DNA of 64,000 nucleotides from Verrucomicrobiia bacterium. GTDB taxonomy: Bacteria > Verrucomicrobiota > Verrucomicrobiia > Limisphaerales > UBA1100. The notes under the pieces are model-generated. The model had not been told where the DNA came from and made no database searches. It worked only from the letters and a program-made list of their open reading frames with translations. The position numbers and the translations under genes are program-made. Shown piece by piece: positions 36,033 through 45,658 of this stretch (positions within the stretch are counted from its first letter, which is position 1; every line of letters begins with the position of its first letter). The DNA is taken from assembly GCA_014239365.1 (NCBI GenBank), contig JAAZZB010000006.1, positions 6,307 to 70,306 on the forward strand. Direction: 5' to 3'.

Positions 36033-36784
36033 GGCAGCTCGCGAATGCGCAGATTTTTGAATTCGATGGGAGAGCCTTCGCTTTCCAAACACAAAAAACC
36101 CGTGGCCGGTTTGCAGTCTTTGCCACTGGTGACCATCACGCCATTCACCCACAGCTTCACTTCGCCATCCACCGCGCGAATGTGGTAGTGGTTCCATTTG
36201 CCGACGCCGTGCGTGAGACGCTGCGTGGGGAAGCTGCGACTGCTCTTTGGATTTCCAACGACATACTCTGAGCCATCCGATCGCTTGTAAGTGATCTGCG
36301 GTGTCGCGGCCTTCATCCGCGCTTTGCCGGTGGGAAACACATCGCCGTGCGAGGTAAACCAGTGCGACGGTTTGCCTTTACTCTTCTCCCAATTCGTCTC
36401 GTAGCCCAAATCCAAAACCTGCACCTCGATGCCCCACGGCAAACGCCCTTTGCCCGCCTCAAGATTTTTGATGCTCTCGGGCATCGCCCACAGAAACACG
36501 CCGCTGTTGCCCGCGTGCTTGAGATGCCGCCATTGCACCACCAACTCGAAATTGGTGATTTGTTTCTTCGTGCGAATGACGCCCACCGGTTTTCCAGTAC
36601 ATTGGATGAGGCCGTCTTTGCCCCACTTCCACGTGTCCGGCTTGCAATTCACGTTGGTAAAATCCGCCTCCGTCATCGCCCGCCAACCGGGGCCGGTGCC
36701 TTTGTGCAGCGGCTTGGCATCAGCTGCGCCGGCGATGGAATTAGAAAGGGAAAGAACGAGTAACAGCGGCAGAAATGATTTCAT
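36029..36784 (-). CDS. DUF1080 (3-keto-disaccharide hydrolase-like) secreted protein
   Basis: Signal peptide MKSFLPLLLVLSLSNSIAGA. FELVVQWRHLKHAGNSGVFLW, IEVQVLD, LCLESEGSPIEFKNLRIREL. Confidence 0.85.
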   Translation of the reverse strand: MKSFLPLLLVLSLSNSIAGAADAKPLHKGTGPGWRAMTEADFTNVNCKPDTWKWGKDGLIQCTGKPVGVIRTKKQITNFELVVQWRHLKHAGNSGVFLWAMPESIKNLEAGKGRLPWGIEVQVLDLGYETNWEKSKGKPSHWFTSHGDVFPTGKARMKAATPQITYKRSDGSEYVVGNPKSSRSFPTQRLTHGVGKWNHYHIRAVDGEVKLWVNGVMVTSGKDCKPATGFLCLESEGSPIEFKNLRIRELP

Positions 36785-36891
36785 GCGAAAAGTGTACAGG
36801 GAAAAGGCCCATCCTCCAATGACGAATTCCGACCCTTCGCGCACGGGGACCACATCCACAAACAGGAAACGGAACGCCATGTGGCTTGGTG

Positions 36892-37176
36892 TCAACCAAC
36901 GATGCGTTTCAATTCTTTGACGTGCACAGTATATGCCTCAAGCCCTTTAGGCGTTAAAGAAAGCCATGTGCGTTGACGCCCAAAATCTGTCCTTTTGGCG
37001 GGGGCAACATAGCCGGCTTCTTCAAGCGATTTAAGGTGCTTGGAGAGCACCGAATCACTGACATCAAGCCGCTCGCGAAGCAGTTTGAATTCGATCGCAG
37101 CCGTGGTGGATAATATCGCACAAATATGCAACCGATTGGGGGCGTGAATTAATGAATTAAAATGCGAATGATTCAT
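36892..37176 (-). CDS. Small winged-helix (ArsR/MarR-like) transcriptional regulator
   Basis: HAPNRLHICAILS...FKLLRERLDVSDSVLSKHLKSLEEAGYV...WLSLTPKG. ATGA overlap with the upstream membrane gene at 37173-37176. Confidence 0.75.
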   Translation of the reverse strand: MNHSHFNSLIHAPNRLHICAILSTTAAIEFKLLRERLDVSDSVLSKHLKSLEEAGYVAPAKRTDFGRQRTWLSLTPKGLEAYTVHVKELKRIVG

Positions 37177-37691
37177 TTTGAAGCATCCTCCTTTACCCAT
37201 TCATTGGTCGGGTACTTATAGGTCAGAAATCCGACGGACACACTGAAAATGATGGCCGCGATATAAGGGGCCAAAGGAAGATCAGCTATCGGAAAAGTAC
37301 CTTCAATACGGATTTCAGCTCTACCCGATTCCGTAGCCCATCTTCCCACGAGCAACACAATGGAAAAGTAGAGCACCTGTAACCCAACAAAAACTTTCCC
37401 TGAACCTGAAGTGGGCATGGGTTTTACTCTTACCCCCAGCAACAGCTCGCTGTACTTCCAAAAAAGAACCCACAAAAATATTGAGATGCCTGATATCCAC
37501 ATCCCCAACCCCCACATGTTCTCATGCACTGCTGCTGCCATTGAGAATGTGAATATGCCACTCAACAAAGACAAAATAATGATTTGCCAGAGTGGCGGCC
37601 TTGATAATGATATTGTCTCATTTCCTATCTTGTTCAATGACTCAAGTGCTGATTGAGCCTCTGCAGTTGTAACCTGATTTTCTTTAGTCAT
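37173..37691 (-). CDS. Hypothetical 4-TM membrane protein, co-operonic with the wHTH regulator
   Basis: Hydrophobic segments. Low-GC codon usage compared with the surrounding genes. Confidence 0.6.
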   Translation of the reverse strand: MTKENQVTTAEAQSALESLNKIGNETISLSRPPLWQIIILSLLSGIFTFSMAAAVHENMWGLGMWISGISIFLWVLFWKYSELLLGVRVKPMPTSGSGKVFVGLQVLYFSIVLLVGRWATESGRAEIRIEGTFPIADLPLAPYIAAIIFSVSVGFLTYKYPTNEWVKEDASK

Positions 37692-37706
37692 GATTGCTGT
37701 ATTCCT

Positions 37707-37786
37707 AAGTTAGTTTCCGTTGCGGAAAGCAACTTAACGCTCACTTTTCCATATTGGCAAGCTTTTACTTTCCAAATCGGAAAGTA
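37707..37786. promoter_or_regulatory. Two palindromic operator candidates sharing a TTTCC-N-GGAAA core
   Basis: AAGTTAGTTTCCGTTGCGGAAAGCAACTT (37707-37735) and the perfect TACTTTCC-AAATC-GGAAAGTA (37766-37786). Both lie in the divergent region between 37691(-) and 37994(+). Confidence 0.5.
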
Positions 37787-37993
37787 ATGGTGACTATACT
37801 CCTTAAATGCCTAAAAAGCCTGTGTTTGTGTGGTTTTTGCGCGCCAAATAAGAGGCTTTGCCCGCGAGAAGTTTGGCTGAAATCCATGACAATGTTTGGT
37901 GGATGTTTCCCAAACGGATCCTCCGCAAGAATCACGGAAGGAACGTATGTGTCCGGGAAATTGCTCCACAACAAATCAGTCAGTTGATAGGTT

Positions 37994-38371
37994 GTGCGCG
38001 TAATGCCAGATTCAGATGTCGTCAACATTCAAGAAAAGTTCGGGCTCTTTTCAGATCACTGGTCGCCAAAGAGAATCGGTGTGCTGAACGGGCAGCAAAT
38101 TATTTTAGCCAAGGTTCAGGGGGAATTTGTTTTTCACAAGCACGATGATGAAGACGAATTGTTTTGGGTGATGAAAGGCCAACTCAAAATGGAGCTGCCT
38201 AATCGAACGGTGGTAATCAATCCCGGTGAGTTTTTTGTCGTTCCAAAAGGGGTTGAACACAGACCTTCAGCAACTGAAGAAACGCATCTTCTTTTATTTG
38301 AACCACTCAGCACAAAACACACCGGCGACGTGATGGCAGAAATCACGGTGGAAACTTACGAGGAAATTTGA
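37994..38371 (+). CDS. Cupin domain protein
   Basis: FHKHDDEDELFWVMKG ... VVPKGVEHRP two-motif cupin signature. Confidence 0.8.
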   Translation: MRVMPDSDVVNIQEKFGLFSDHWSPKRIGVLNGQQIILAKVQGEFVFHKHDDEDELFWVMKGQLKMELPNRTVVINPGEFFVVPKGVEHRPSATEETHLLLFEPLSTKHTGDVMAEITVETYEEI

Positions 38372-38424
38372 TCCTTCTATCAACGATGAATAATCCGGTG
38401 CCCGAAAATAAAAAACGGGATTCG

Positions 38425-39459
38425 TCAGTTGCTCTTGCTTCCGTATGCCTGGAAAATCTCCGAAAATCCAAATACCTCCTGCCGGATCCCCGTGTGCTTC
38501 GGGCTGACCCAGTTGGCGGATGGCTTTGAGGGTGGGCGGTCGCGGTTGGCGGACCAGCACGAGAGCATTCCGATTTTTTTCTGGCGGGCGAAGGCGAGCA
38601 CTTCGCGGGCGTTTCCCAATGTAAATGTTTCGGGCTTCACGTCGTTGTGGCCGAGCATCGGGGTGAGGCCGACCATTGCCCAAAGTTGGGCGTCGGTTTT
38701 AGGGACGCCCGCTACGCGGTGCAGTGTTTTTAATTGGGCGTGCAAACTGGTGGCGGCTTGGATGGCGTACGCGCCCATATGCGTGGTGGGCTTGGGCGCG
38801 TGGGCTTTACCGTAATTCATTGCCATAATGTTCACGCCGGCGATGTCCACGCGATGACGGAGCGCCGAGCGCAGCACGCCCAAGCCTTCGCGCGTGAGGC
38901 CGCTGGGCAGAACGGGCAGTGTGTACCAAACTTTCAGTGTGCGCTTTGCGTGACGTGCCGCCGATTGCAAACCGGCAATCGCCCGCGACCGGCGCTCGAT
39001 GGATTTCGCCTCGGCCAGCCAATGACCTTCCACATCGAAATCAATGTGAGTGAGCCCGTAAGTATCAATCACGGTTTGATAAGCTGCCTGCAATTGCGCG
39101 GGTGTTTTGCACGCGGCCGCGAGTCCCGTGCCCGCCGCGCCGCCGAAGGAGACTAATACCTCGCCGCCCGCCGCGCGGATGGCGTTGATCTCCGGCAACA
39201 GCCAACGCTTCGCCACGGGATGATATCCGCCCCAACTCGGCGCAGGATCATTCGGCCCTTTCGCCACAATGAAGGCGAGCGTGAAAAATTTAATCCCGTG
39301 CTTTTGAGTCGCCGCTGCAAAATCAAAAGGCGGCCACAGCGTGGTGTCCACATACGGCGCGAATGCCTGCGCGGGCCAATGATTGGCCTTACGCGGCGCG
39401 ATCGGTGGCGCGGCGAGAACGCAGTTAGCTGTAAAAATGAACGCAATAACCCATCGCAT
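38425..39459 (-). CDS. Glycoside hydrolase family 18 (chitinase / endo-beta-N-acetylglucosaminidase-like)
   Basis: Signal peptide. Catalytic LTHIDFDVEG (DxDxE) motif. Overall (beta/alpha)8-like pattern. Confidence 0.8.
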   Translation of the reverse strand: MRWVIAFIFTANCVLAAPPIAPRKANHWPAQAFAPYVDTTLWPPFDFAAATQKHGIKFFTLAFIVAKGPNDPAPSWGGYHPVAKRWLLPEINAIRAAGGEVLVSFGGAAGTGLAAACKTPAQLQAAYQTVIDTYGLTHIDFDVEGHWLAEAKSIERRSRAIAGLQSAARHAKRTLKVWYTLPVLPSGLTREGLGVLRSALRHRVDIAGVNIMAMNYGKAHAPKPTTHMGAYAIQAATSLHAQLKTLHRVAGVPKTDAQLWAMVGLTPMLGHNDVKPETFTLGNAREVLAFARQKKIGMLSCWSANRDRPPSKPSANWVSPKHTGIRQEVFGFSEIFQAYGSKSN

Positions 39460-39566
39460 TTGTGGAGTATATCGCAAGGCTCCCGAATAAAAAATCAGAA
39501 TCACTCGCCAGCGTAATCCTTTGAACATCCAAGCAAACGAGTAAGTCCAAACGACATCATCTCGTT

Positions 39567-41198
39567 ATGAAAACACACTCGCTCGCCGCTTCTTTTTTCA
39601 TTTCCCTCCTGCACCTCAATCCCACCGCATGGGCGGCGGTGTTGCATGTGCCGAAGGATTTCAAAACCATCCAAGCCGCAATCGACGCGACTCGGGCGGG
39701 TGATTCAATTTTGGTCCGAGCCGGCAAATACAACGAGTGTATTCGGCTCCAGCCCGGACTCACCGTTCGCAGCGTGGGAAATGACACGAAAGGGAAACTC
39801 GGACTCCGGCGGGCGGAGGCGACGATTATCGACGGCTCCGGCTGCAAAGGGCCCGGCGTAACGATGGCGGCGGGGGCGACCCTTGATGGCTTCACGATAA
39901 CGGGCGTTGGGAAATACGACGAGGCACTTTGGCAAAAGCACCACGCCACGCAGGGCAACCAGCAGCAGCACGAGCACATTGGAGCGGAAGGCACACCCGG
40001 CGTTGCGGTACGGCACGATTGCACGGTGGCGAACAACATCATCCACCACATTGGCTACACCGGCATTGCCATCACGGGCGCGGAAGACCGCCGCGTATCG
40101 CCGCGCATTATTGGCAACGTCACGTACCGCAATATGGGCGGCGGCATCGGCTCGATGAAAAAATCGACAGCCCGCATCGAAGGCAACCTTTGCTTCGAGA
40201 ATTTTTACGCAGGCATCGGCCACAACGACGCCAGCCCGATTGTCATCGACAACAGTTGCTACCGCAACATCCGTGCCGGCATTGGCATCAGCGAAGGCTC
40301 TCGGCCAATTGTACGCGGCAATCGCTGCCATCACAACCGACGCGCTGGCATCGGCATCCGTACCGGCGCGAATACCCAACCGGTAGTGGAAGACAATGAT
40401 TGCCACGAAAACGACATGGCCGGCATCGGCACCAAGGAGGGCGCGCGGCCCATCGTGCGTGGCAACCGTTGCTGGAAAAACAAACTCGCCGGCATCGGAG
40501 CACGTGATAAGGCGCAGCCTATCATTGTTGAAAACGAATGTTTCGAAAACACACTCGCCGGCATCGGCATCGAGCACGAGGCGCGCGCGTTGATTTCCAG
40601 AAATCTCTGCCGCAAAAACAAAACCACCGGCATCGGCGTACAACACGGGGCCGAAGCCACACTGATCGGCAACCGCTGCCTCGAGAACGCAAAGGTGGCC
40701 ATTGGCGTGGGCAACGGCGCCAGCGCGCACATCGCCGGCAACCAACTCACGCGCACCGGCGGAATGCCCCCGCTCATCGCCATCCTCAAAGGCTCGAGCG
40801 CCGTCATCACCGGCAATACTTTCACCGGCGGCGGCGTGGCCGGCGTACTCGTGCAGGGCCGCGCGCGCATCAGCAAAAACCGTTTTGAAGGCAACGGCCC
40901 GCGCCGCGGCGGTCCGCCCAATTTTGCCGTGTGGGCTCACGCCGGCTCGGAAGTGGAGTTTCACCATAACGAAATCAACCGCTGGCGCCACGCCCTCTTC
41001 ACCTCCGATGCCAAATCCATCGCAGCCCACCACAACCGCACCAGCCAATTTCTCGGCACCGCCATCTTCATCCAAAAAACCGCCACCCCCGCCCACGCCA
41101 CCTACAACACCGCCCTCACCGCCAACGCCCAAGACAAGTCCGTCACCCTAACCGGCCCCCGCGGCGTGGTAGAGGGGAATGTGTGCAAGGCGAAATGA
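39567..41198 (+). CDS. Right-handed parallel beta-helix repeat protein (pectin-lyase fold, NosD-like)
   Basis: Signal peptide. More than 10 tandem ~23-aa repeats of the type N.C..N..AGIGI......P.I..N.C. Confidence 0.8.
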   Translation: MKTHSLAASFFISLLHLNPTAWAAVLHVPKDFKTIQAAIDATRAGDSILVRAGKYNECIRLQPGLTVRSVGNDTKGKLGLRRAEATIIDGSGCKGPGVTMAAGATLDGFTITGVGKYDEALWQKHHATQGNQQQHEHIGAEGTPGVAVRHDCTVANNIIHHIGYTGIAITGAEDRRVSPRIIGNVTYRNMGGGIGSMKKSTARIEGNLCFENFYAGIGHNDASPIVIDNSCYRNIRAGIGISEGSRPIVRGNRCHHNRRAGIGIRTGANTQPVVEDNDCHENDMAGIGTKEGARPIVRGNRCWKNKLAGIGARDKAQPIIVENECFENTLAGIGIEHEARALISRNLCRKNKTTGIGVQHGAEATLIGNRCLENAKVAIGVGNGASAHIAGNQLTRTGGMPPLIAILKGSSAVITGNTFTGGGVAGVLVQGRARISKNRFEGNGPRRGGPPNFAVWAHAGSEVEFHHNEINRWRHALFTSDAKSIAAHHNRTSQFLGTAIFIQKTATPAHATYNTALTANAQDKSVTLTGPRGVVEGNVCKAK

Positions 41199-41329
41199 AC
41201 TAATTTTGCCAGCCGCTCGAGTAGCGCAGATGAGTGGGCGACCTGCTACCTGACCCCCCGCAAGGTTTCAAGCTTGCCCACCTCTTTATCCGGATCCAAC
41301 ACCGGAACGAAATTCTTCTAAAGCCCATT

Positions 41330-42577
41330 TCAAAACGGACTCGGCACGAGGAAGGCGTGTTGTTCGAGGAGGCTGAGGGTTCCGTTCCAGGAAATGTATT
41401 GAGTGAAAAACAGGATGACGACGTAGCTGAAGATGAAGGGCACGGCTAACCCCAAGGCTGTTAATCGGCAGAACCAGCGCACGAGAAAATTGGGGGAGGG
41501 CTCGCGTTGTTCGGCGCGGCCCAATGCCCAGCCGGTGATCAATCGGGCGGGGAGGCCGAAGACGACGAAGAAGAGCGCGGGAAGCCACGTGATTTCGGCT
41601 GGGGTGAGTTCTATTTTTAAGAGGAACAACGGCACGGCGAGCATGAGGGTGAGCGTGAGCGCGAACCAAAATTTAAATGGCGAGCGTCCGGCAAGGCGGC
41701 ACACGGGGCCAATCTCGATGAAGGCACGGAAGCGGTTTTCGCGCGCGAATCGTACTTGCAGGAAGGGAAGAAAAAGCAACACGCCCATCAGTAAAACCCC
41801 GCCCAAAACCGAAACGAGAATACCGGCGTTGTGGGCAATTTTGGAGGCGAGGATCATCAGGGTCACGGGGATGAGTAGCCACAGCACCGTGCCGGCAAAG
41901 CCGCGGGTGCCGAGCCAGAATAATTTTGGCAGATGCAATCCGTCTGCGGTTTCCCAAACGGCATCGCGGGCGGTATTGAATTTATCGGGTGTGCCCAGCC
42001 AACGAAAAAACCGAATGGGTGCGGGCCAAAAAAAGTGACGCAGTTTGCCGCCGCGCAGCAGCGCCCAGATAATGTGCAGGGTCGTCAGTGCGGTGACGAT
42101 CCACATCCCAACGCTCCAGCCGCCGGCGTGTTGGGGATCCACGATAACGGCGGAGTCGCGCAGCAATGCAATGAAGCGCGCGGGCCAAAGCACGAGCCAA
42201 ATGCCGAGGACAATGCCGCCGAGCTGTCCGGCTTTGCGCACGCCGATGAAGCCATCGCGCAAGCGGCCGGTGCGGGCGATGGTGCCGCTGACGTGCAACA
42301 GATAGCCGAGGCTGATTAGGTTAATGATGGGGATCACCGAGATGACCGATAGTCCGCCAATCAAACTCAGCATCCCGAAGCACCAACCGACGGCGGAATA
42401 AATCCCGTGGCCGATTCGATGTATCAACGGCTTGATCGCCGGCAATTCAGGCAACATCTCAACCACCGGCGAGGCCTCAAGCAACGGCGGCAGTTCTCCG
42501 ACGTGTTTCCCAAGCACCGGCGGCACGGCTTTTTGCTCGTCCGGTTGAAACCCTTCATCTTGCCCTTGCGTATTCAT
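41330..42577 (-). CDS. Polytopic membrane protein (possibly DUF4013-like)
   Basis: About 8 TM segments. Start placed at the internal ATG at 42577 (MNTQGQDE...), because the longer ORF would overlap the divergent gene starting at 42600. Confidence 0.6.
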   Translation of the reverse strand: MNTQGQDEGFQPDEQKAVPPVLGKHVGELPPLLEASPVVEMLPELPAIKPLIHRIGHGIYSAVGWCFGMLSLIGGLSVISVIPIINLISLGYLLHVSGTIARTGRLRDGFIGVRKAGQLGGIVLGIWLVLWPARFIALLRDSAVIVDPQHAGGWSVGMWIVTALTTLHIIWALLRGGKLRHFFWPAPIRFFRWLGTPDKFNTARDAVWETADGLHLPKLFWLGTRGFAGTVLWLLIPVTLMILASKIAHNAGILVSVLGGVLLMGVLLFLPFLQVRFARENRFRAFIEIGPVCRLAGRSPFKFWFALTLTLMLAVPLFLLKIELTPAEITWLPALFFVVFGLPARLITGWALGRAEQREPSPNFLVRWFCRLTALGLAVPFIFSYVVILFFTQYISWNGTLSLLEQHAFLVPSPF

Positions 42578-42599
42578 TGATGTATATTCACTGACAACG

Positions 42600-44264
42600 A
42601 TGCCCTCGGAAAAGATAACCCCGCCGCTTTGGCAACGCAACCTGCTCTTCGCGGTGGTGTGCGTGGCGGGCGCGGGTGCGGTGATTTCAAATCTGCTCAA
42701 ATCCGACACGATGGCCGCGCCCAAGCATCAGGCGAGCCGTTATGAAAAACCGGTGTTTCGGACGGCGGTCGATTTTGTGGATGAGGCATTTGCCGCCAAC
42801 TGGAAAAAAAACGGACTGGAACCCACACCCCCCGCTGATGAGTTGACGCAAATCCGCCGACTCTCGCTGGGGCTCACCGGCACGATTCCTTCGCTGCAGG
42901 AAATCCGCGCGCTCGAGGCCCAGCCGGACGGCGAACGCATCCAGTGGTGGCTCAGCCATCTCTTTGAAGATCGGCGCACGAGCGAGTATCTTGCCGAACG
43001 GTTTGCCCGCGCTTATGTCGGCGTGGAGAACGGGCCTTTTTTGATTTACCGCCGTCGACGATTTGTCAGTTGGCTCGCCGATGAGATTGAGGCTAACCGT
43101 CCTTACGATAAAATTGTGCGCTCACTCATTACCGCCGAAGGACTTTGGACGACCAACCCGGAAGTCAATTTTGTCACCGTCACCGTCGACCAAAACGAAG
43201 ACAAAAAAGGCCCCAACGAAGTGAAGCTCGCCGCACGAGTGACGCGGGCGTTTCTCGGCGTGCGTATCGACTGCGTCCAATGCCACGACGATCATCTTGG
43301 CGAGGACTGGTTGCAAAAAGATTTCCATCAACTCGCCGCCTTTTTTGGCAAAGCCGATATGGCCATCTCCGGCATTCGCGAAACCGGCAAGCCGTACGAA
43401 TTCAAATACCGCCGCCAACGCGAGCCGGTGAAGGTGCCCACGATTGTCCCCTTCCAACCCGAGCTACTGCCCGAGCGCGGCCGCCCCCGCCAGCGCCTCG
43501 CCGCTTGGGTCACGCATTCGGAAAACCGCGCCTTCGCCCGCGCCACCGTCAACCGCGTGTGGGCGCTGATGTTCGGCCGGCCTTTGGTTGAGCCGGTGGA
43601 TGAAATTCCGTTGAAGGATTCAGTGGAAAACCCCTACCCGCCCGGGCTGGAAATTTTGGCCGACGATTTCATCATTCACAAATTCAATCTCCAACGCCTC
43701 ATCCGCGTCATCGCCGCCACGCGCGTCTTCGGCCTCGACAGCAAAATGCCCGCCGACCATCCCCCGCCCACGCTCCAGCACGATAAACATTGGGCCGCCT
43801 TCCCGCTCTCGCGATTGCGCCCTGAGCAAGTCGCCGGCAGCATCATCCAATCCGCATCGCTCACCGCCATCGACGCCGACTCGCACATTCTCTTCCAGCT
43901 AAACCGCTCGATTCAACAGGGAGAATTCGTCAAGCGCTACGGCGACATTGGTGAGGACGAATTTTATATTCAAGGCGGCACCATCCCGCAGCGCCTGCTG
44001 ATGATGAATGGAAACCTCGTTCACGAGCGCATCAAAAACGACCTCGTCACCAACGCCGCTTCACGCATTTTGGCCACCGCGCCCAATGACCAAAAAGTGG
44101 TGGAGGCCACTTACCTCGCCGTGCTCAGCCGCCGACCCAGCACGGAGGAAGCCCAATACTTTGTCGACGCGCTTTCGCAAAAAGGCTTCCTCGGCCGCAA
44201 AGCAAAACAAGCGGATTTGTATTGGGCGCTCATCAACTCAACCGAGTTTTCCTGGAATCATTAA
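42600..44264 (+). CDS. DUF1549 (PSCyt2) / DUF1553 (PSD1) protein without a cytochrome-c head
   Basis: CVQCHDDHLGEDWLQKDFHQLAAFF motif. C-terminus ends ALINSTEFSWNH, like 26643..30071. Confidence 0.85.
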   Translation: MPSEKITPPLWQRNLLFAVVCVAGAGAVISNLLKSDTMAAPKHQASRYEKPVFRTAVDFVDEAFAANWKKNGLEPTPPADELTQIRRLSLGLTGTIPSLQEIRALEAQPDGERIQWWLSHLFEDRRTSEYLAERFARAYVGVENGPFLIYRRRRFVSWLADEIEANRPYDKIVRSLITAEGLWTTNPEVNFVTVTVDQNEDKKGPNEVKLAARVTRAFLGVRIDCVQCHDDHLGEDWLQKDFHQLAAFFGKADMAISGIRETGKPYEFKYRRQREPVKVPTIVPFQPELLPERGRPRQRLAAWVTHSENRAFARATVNRVWALMFGRPLVEPVDEIPLKDSVENPYPPGLEILADDFIIHKFNLQRLIRVIAATRVFGLDSKMPADHPPPTLQHDKHWAAFPLSRLRPEQVAGSIIQSASLTAIDADSHILFQLNRSIQQGEFVKRYGDIGEDEFYIQGGTIPQRLLMMNGNLVHERIKNDLVTNAASRILATAPNDQKVVEATYLAVLSRRPSTEEAQYFVDALSQKGFLGRKAKQADLYWALINSTEFSWNH

Positions 44265-44265
44265 A

Positions 44266-45573
44266 ATGAAAAATTCCTCCAACCCCTGCAACAACGCCAG
44301 CCACATCACCCGCCGCACGATGCTCCAAGCCACCGGCCTCGGCGGGCTCGCGTGGCTCACGCCGGTTGCTCATTTACTTGGGCGCGCGCAGGAAAAAGCT
44401 CCCGCCCACGCGCCCGCCAAATCAATCATTATGCTGTGGATGGCCGGCGGCCCAAGCCAGTTGGAAACCTTTGACCCGCACGCGGGAAAAAAAATCGCCG
44501 GCGACACCCGCGCCATCAACACCTCCGTCAAAGGCGTGCAATTCGCCCACGGCCTCCCGCAAGTCGCCGAAGTGATGAACGAGCTCACCCTTGTGCGCTC
44601 GATGAACAGCAAAGAAGGCGACCACGAACGCGCCACGTACAACGTCAAAACCGGCTACCGGCCCGACCCCACGCTGATTCATCCCTCCATCGGTGCCGTT
44701 CTCTGTCACGAACTGCCCGATGCCGAAATGGACATCCCGCGCCACATCTCCATTCTCCCCGGCCAATGGCCCGCGCGTGGCGGCTACCTCGGCGCGCAGT
44801 ACGACGCCTTCAAACTTTACAACACTAACGGCCGCGCCGGAAACATCACCGCCCGCGTGCCACCCAAACGATTGGACAACCGGCTCGCCGCCTTGAAACA
44901 AGTCGAACAATCCTTCGCCCGCGGCCGCCGCGCCGACCTCGATGCAACATCCACGATGCACAACGCCACCATCCAAAAAGCCCTGCGGATGATGAACTCT
45001 GATCAACTCAGCGCCTTCGACATCACCCAAGCCCCCGCCAAAACCCGCGCCGCATTTGGCGACACCCAATTTGGCCGCGGCTGCCTCGCCGCCATTCAGC
45101 TCATCGGCGCCGGCGTCCGCTGCGTTGAAGTCACCCTCAACGGTTGGGACACTCACGCCAATAACCACAAAGCCCACGTCGCGCAAAACGCCATTCTCGA
45201 TCCCGCATTCGCCTCGCTCATCCGCGAACTACGCACCCGCAAACTGCTCGACCAAACCATCGTCATCTGCGCCGGCGAATTTGGCCGCACCCCCAAGATC
45301 AATCCCGCCGACGGCCGCGACCATTGGCCCACCGGCTTCTCCATCGCCCTCGCCGGTGGCGGCTTCCGCGCCGGCCACGTCCACGGTGCCACCGACCCCG
45401 ACGGCAAGAAAATCGTAGCCACCGACAAAGACACCATCCGAGTCGCCGACATCCACACCACCATCCAACACGCCCTCGGCATCGAATACGCCAAAGAACT
45501 CATGACCCCCATCCTCCGCCCCATGGCCCTCAGCGACGGCCGCGTCATCCAGACTTTGCTGAAGCAATCATAG
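44266..45573 (+). CDS. DUF1501 protein with Tat signal
   Basis: ATG 2 nt after the upstream stop codon. RRTMLQATGLGG and DGRDHWP. Confidence 0.85.
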   Translation: MKNSSNPCNNASHITRRTMLQATGLGGLAWLTPVAHLLGRAQEKAPAHAPAKSIIMLWMAGGPSQLETFDPHAGKKIAGDTRAINTSVKGVQFAHGLPQVAEVMNELTLVRSMNSKEGDHERATYNVKTGYRPDPTLIHPSIGAVLCHELPDAEMDIPRHISILPGQWPARGGYLGAQYDAFKLYNTNGRAGNITARVPPKRLDNRLAALKQVEQSFARGRRADLDATSTMHNATIQKALRMMNSDQLSAFDITQAPAKTRAAFGDTQFGRGCLAAIQLIGAGVRCVEVTLNGWDTHANNHKAHVAQNAILDPAFASLIRELRTRKLLDQTIVICAGEFGRTPKINPADGRDHWPTGFSIALAGGGFRAGHVHGATDPDGKKIVATDKDTIRVADIHTTIQHALGIEYAKELMTPILRPMALSDGRVIQTLLKQS

Positions 45574-45658
45574 CTTCCAGATTTCCTTCAACTTGGAGTT
45601 GCGTCTTCTGGCGATGGGCGCATACTGGATTTATCGTTTCACCTTACCACGGATTATT

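Noticed and set aside
39705-41132. Very long antisense ORFs opposite real genes. Examples: 39705-41132 (475 aa), 45689-46888 (399 aa), 60265-61272 (335 aa), 34335-35129, 19279-19977, 17441-18034, 44422-45186 and 56459-57460.
   Set aside because: They mirror well-supported genes on the other strand. Their products are low-complexity and rich in Gly/Ala/Arg/Val, as expected for shadow frames in GC-rich DNA, and they carry no recognisable motifs.
44008-44265. Upstream extension of the DUF1501 gene (the ORF track starts at 44008), and similar long N-terminal extensions at 42724, 19216, 36895, 39528, 23486, 30134, 45593, 51383 and 60214.
   Set aside because: The extensions overlap the preceding gene or read through repeat or intergenic sequence. 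Internal ATGs give canonical signal peptides or Tat motifs, or are preceded by ribosome-binding-site-like sequences.
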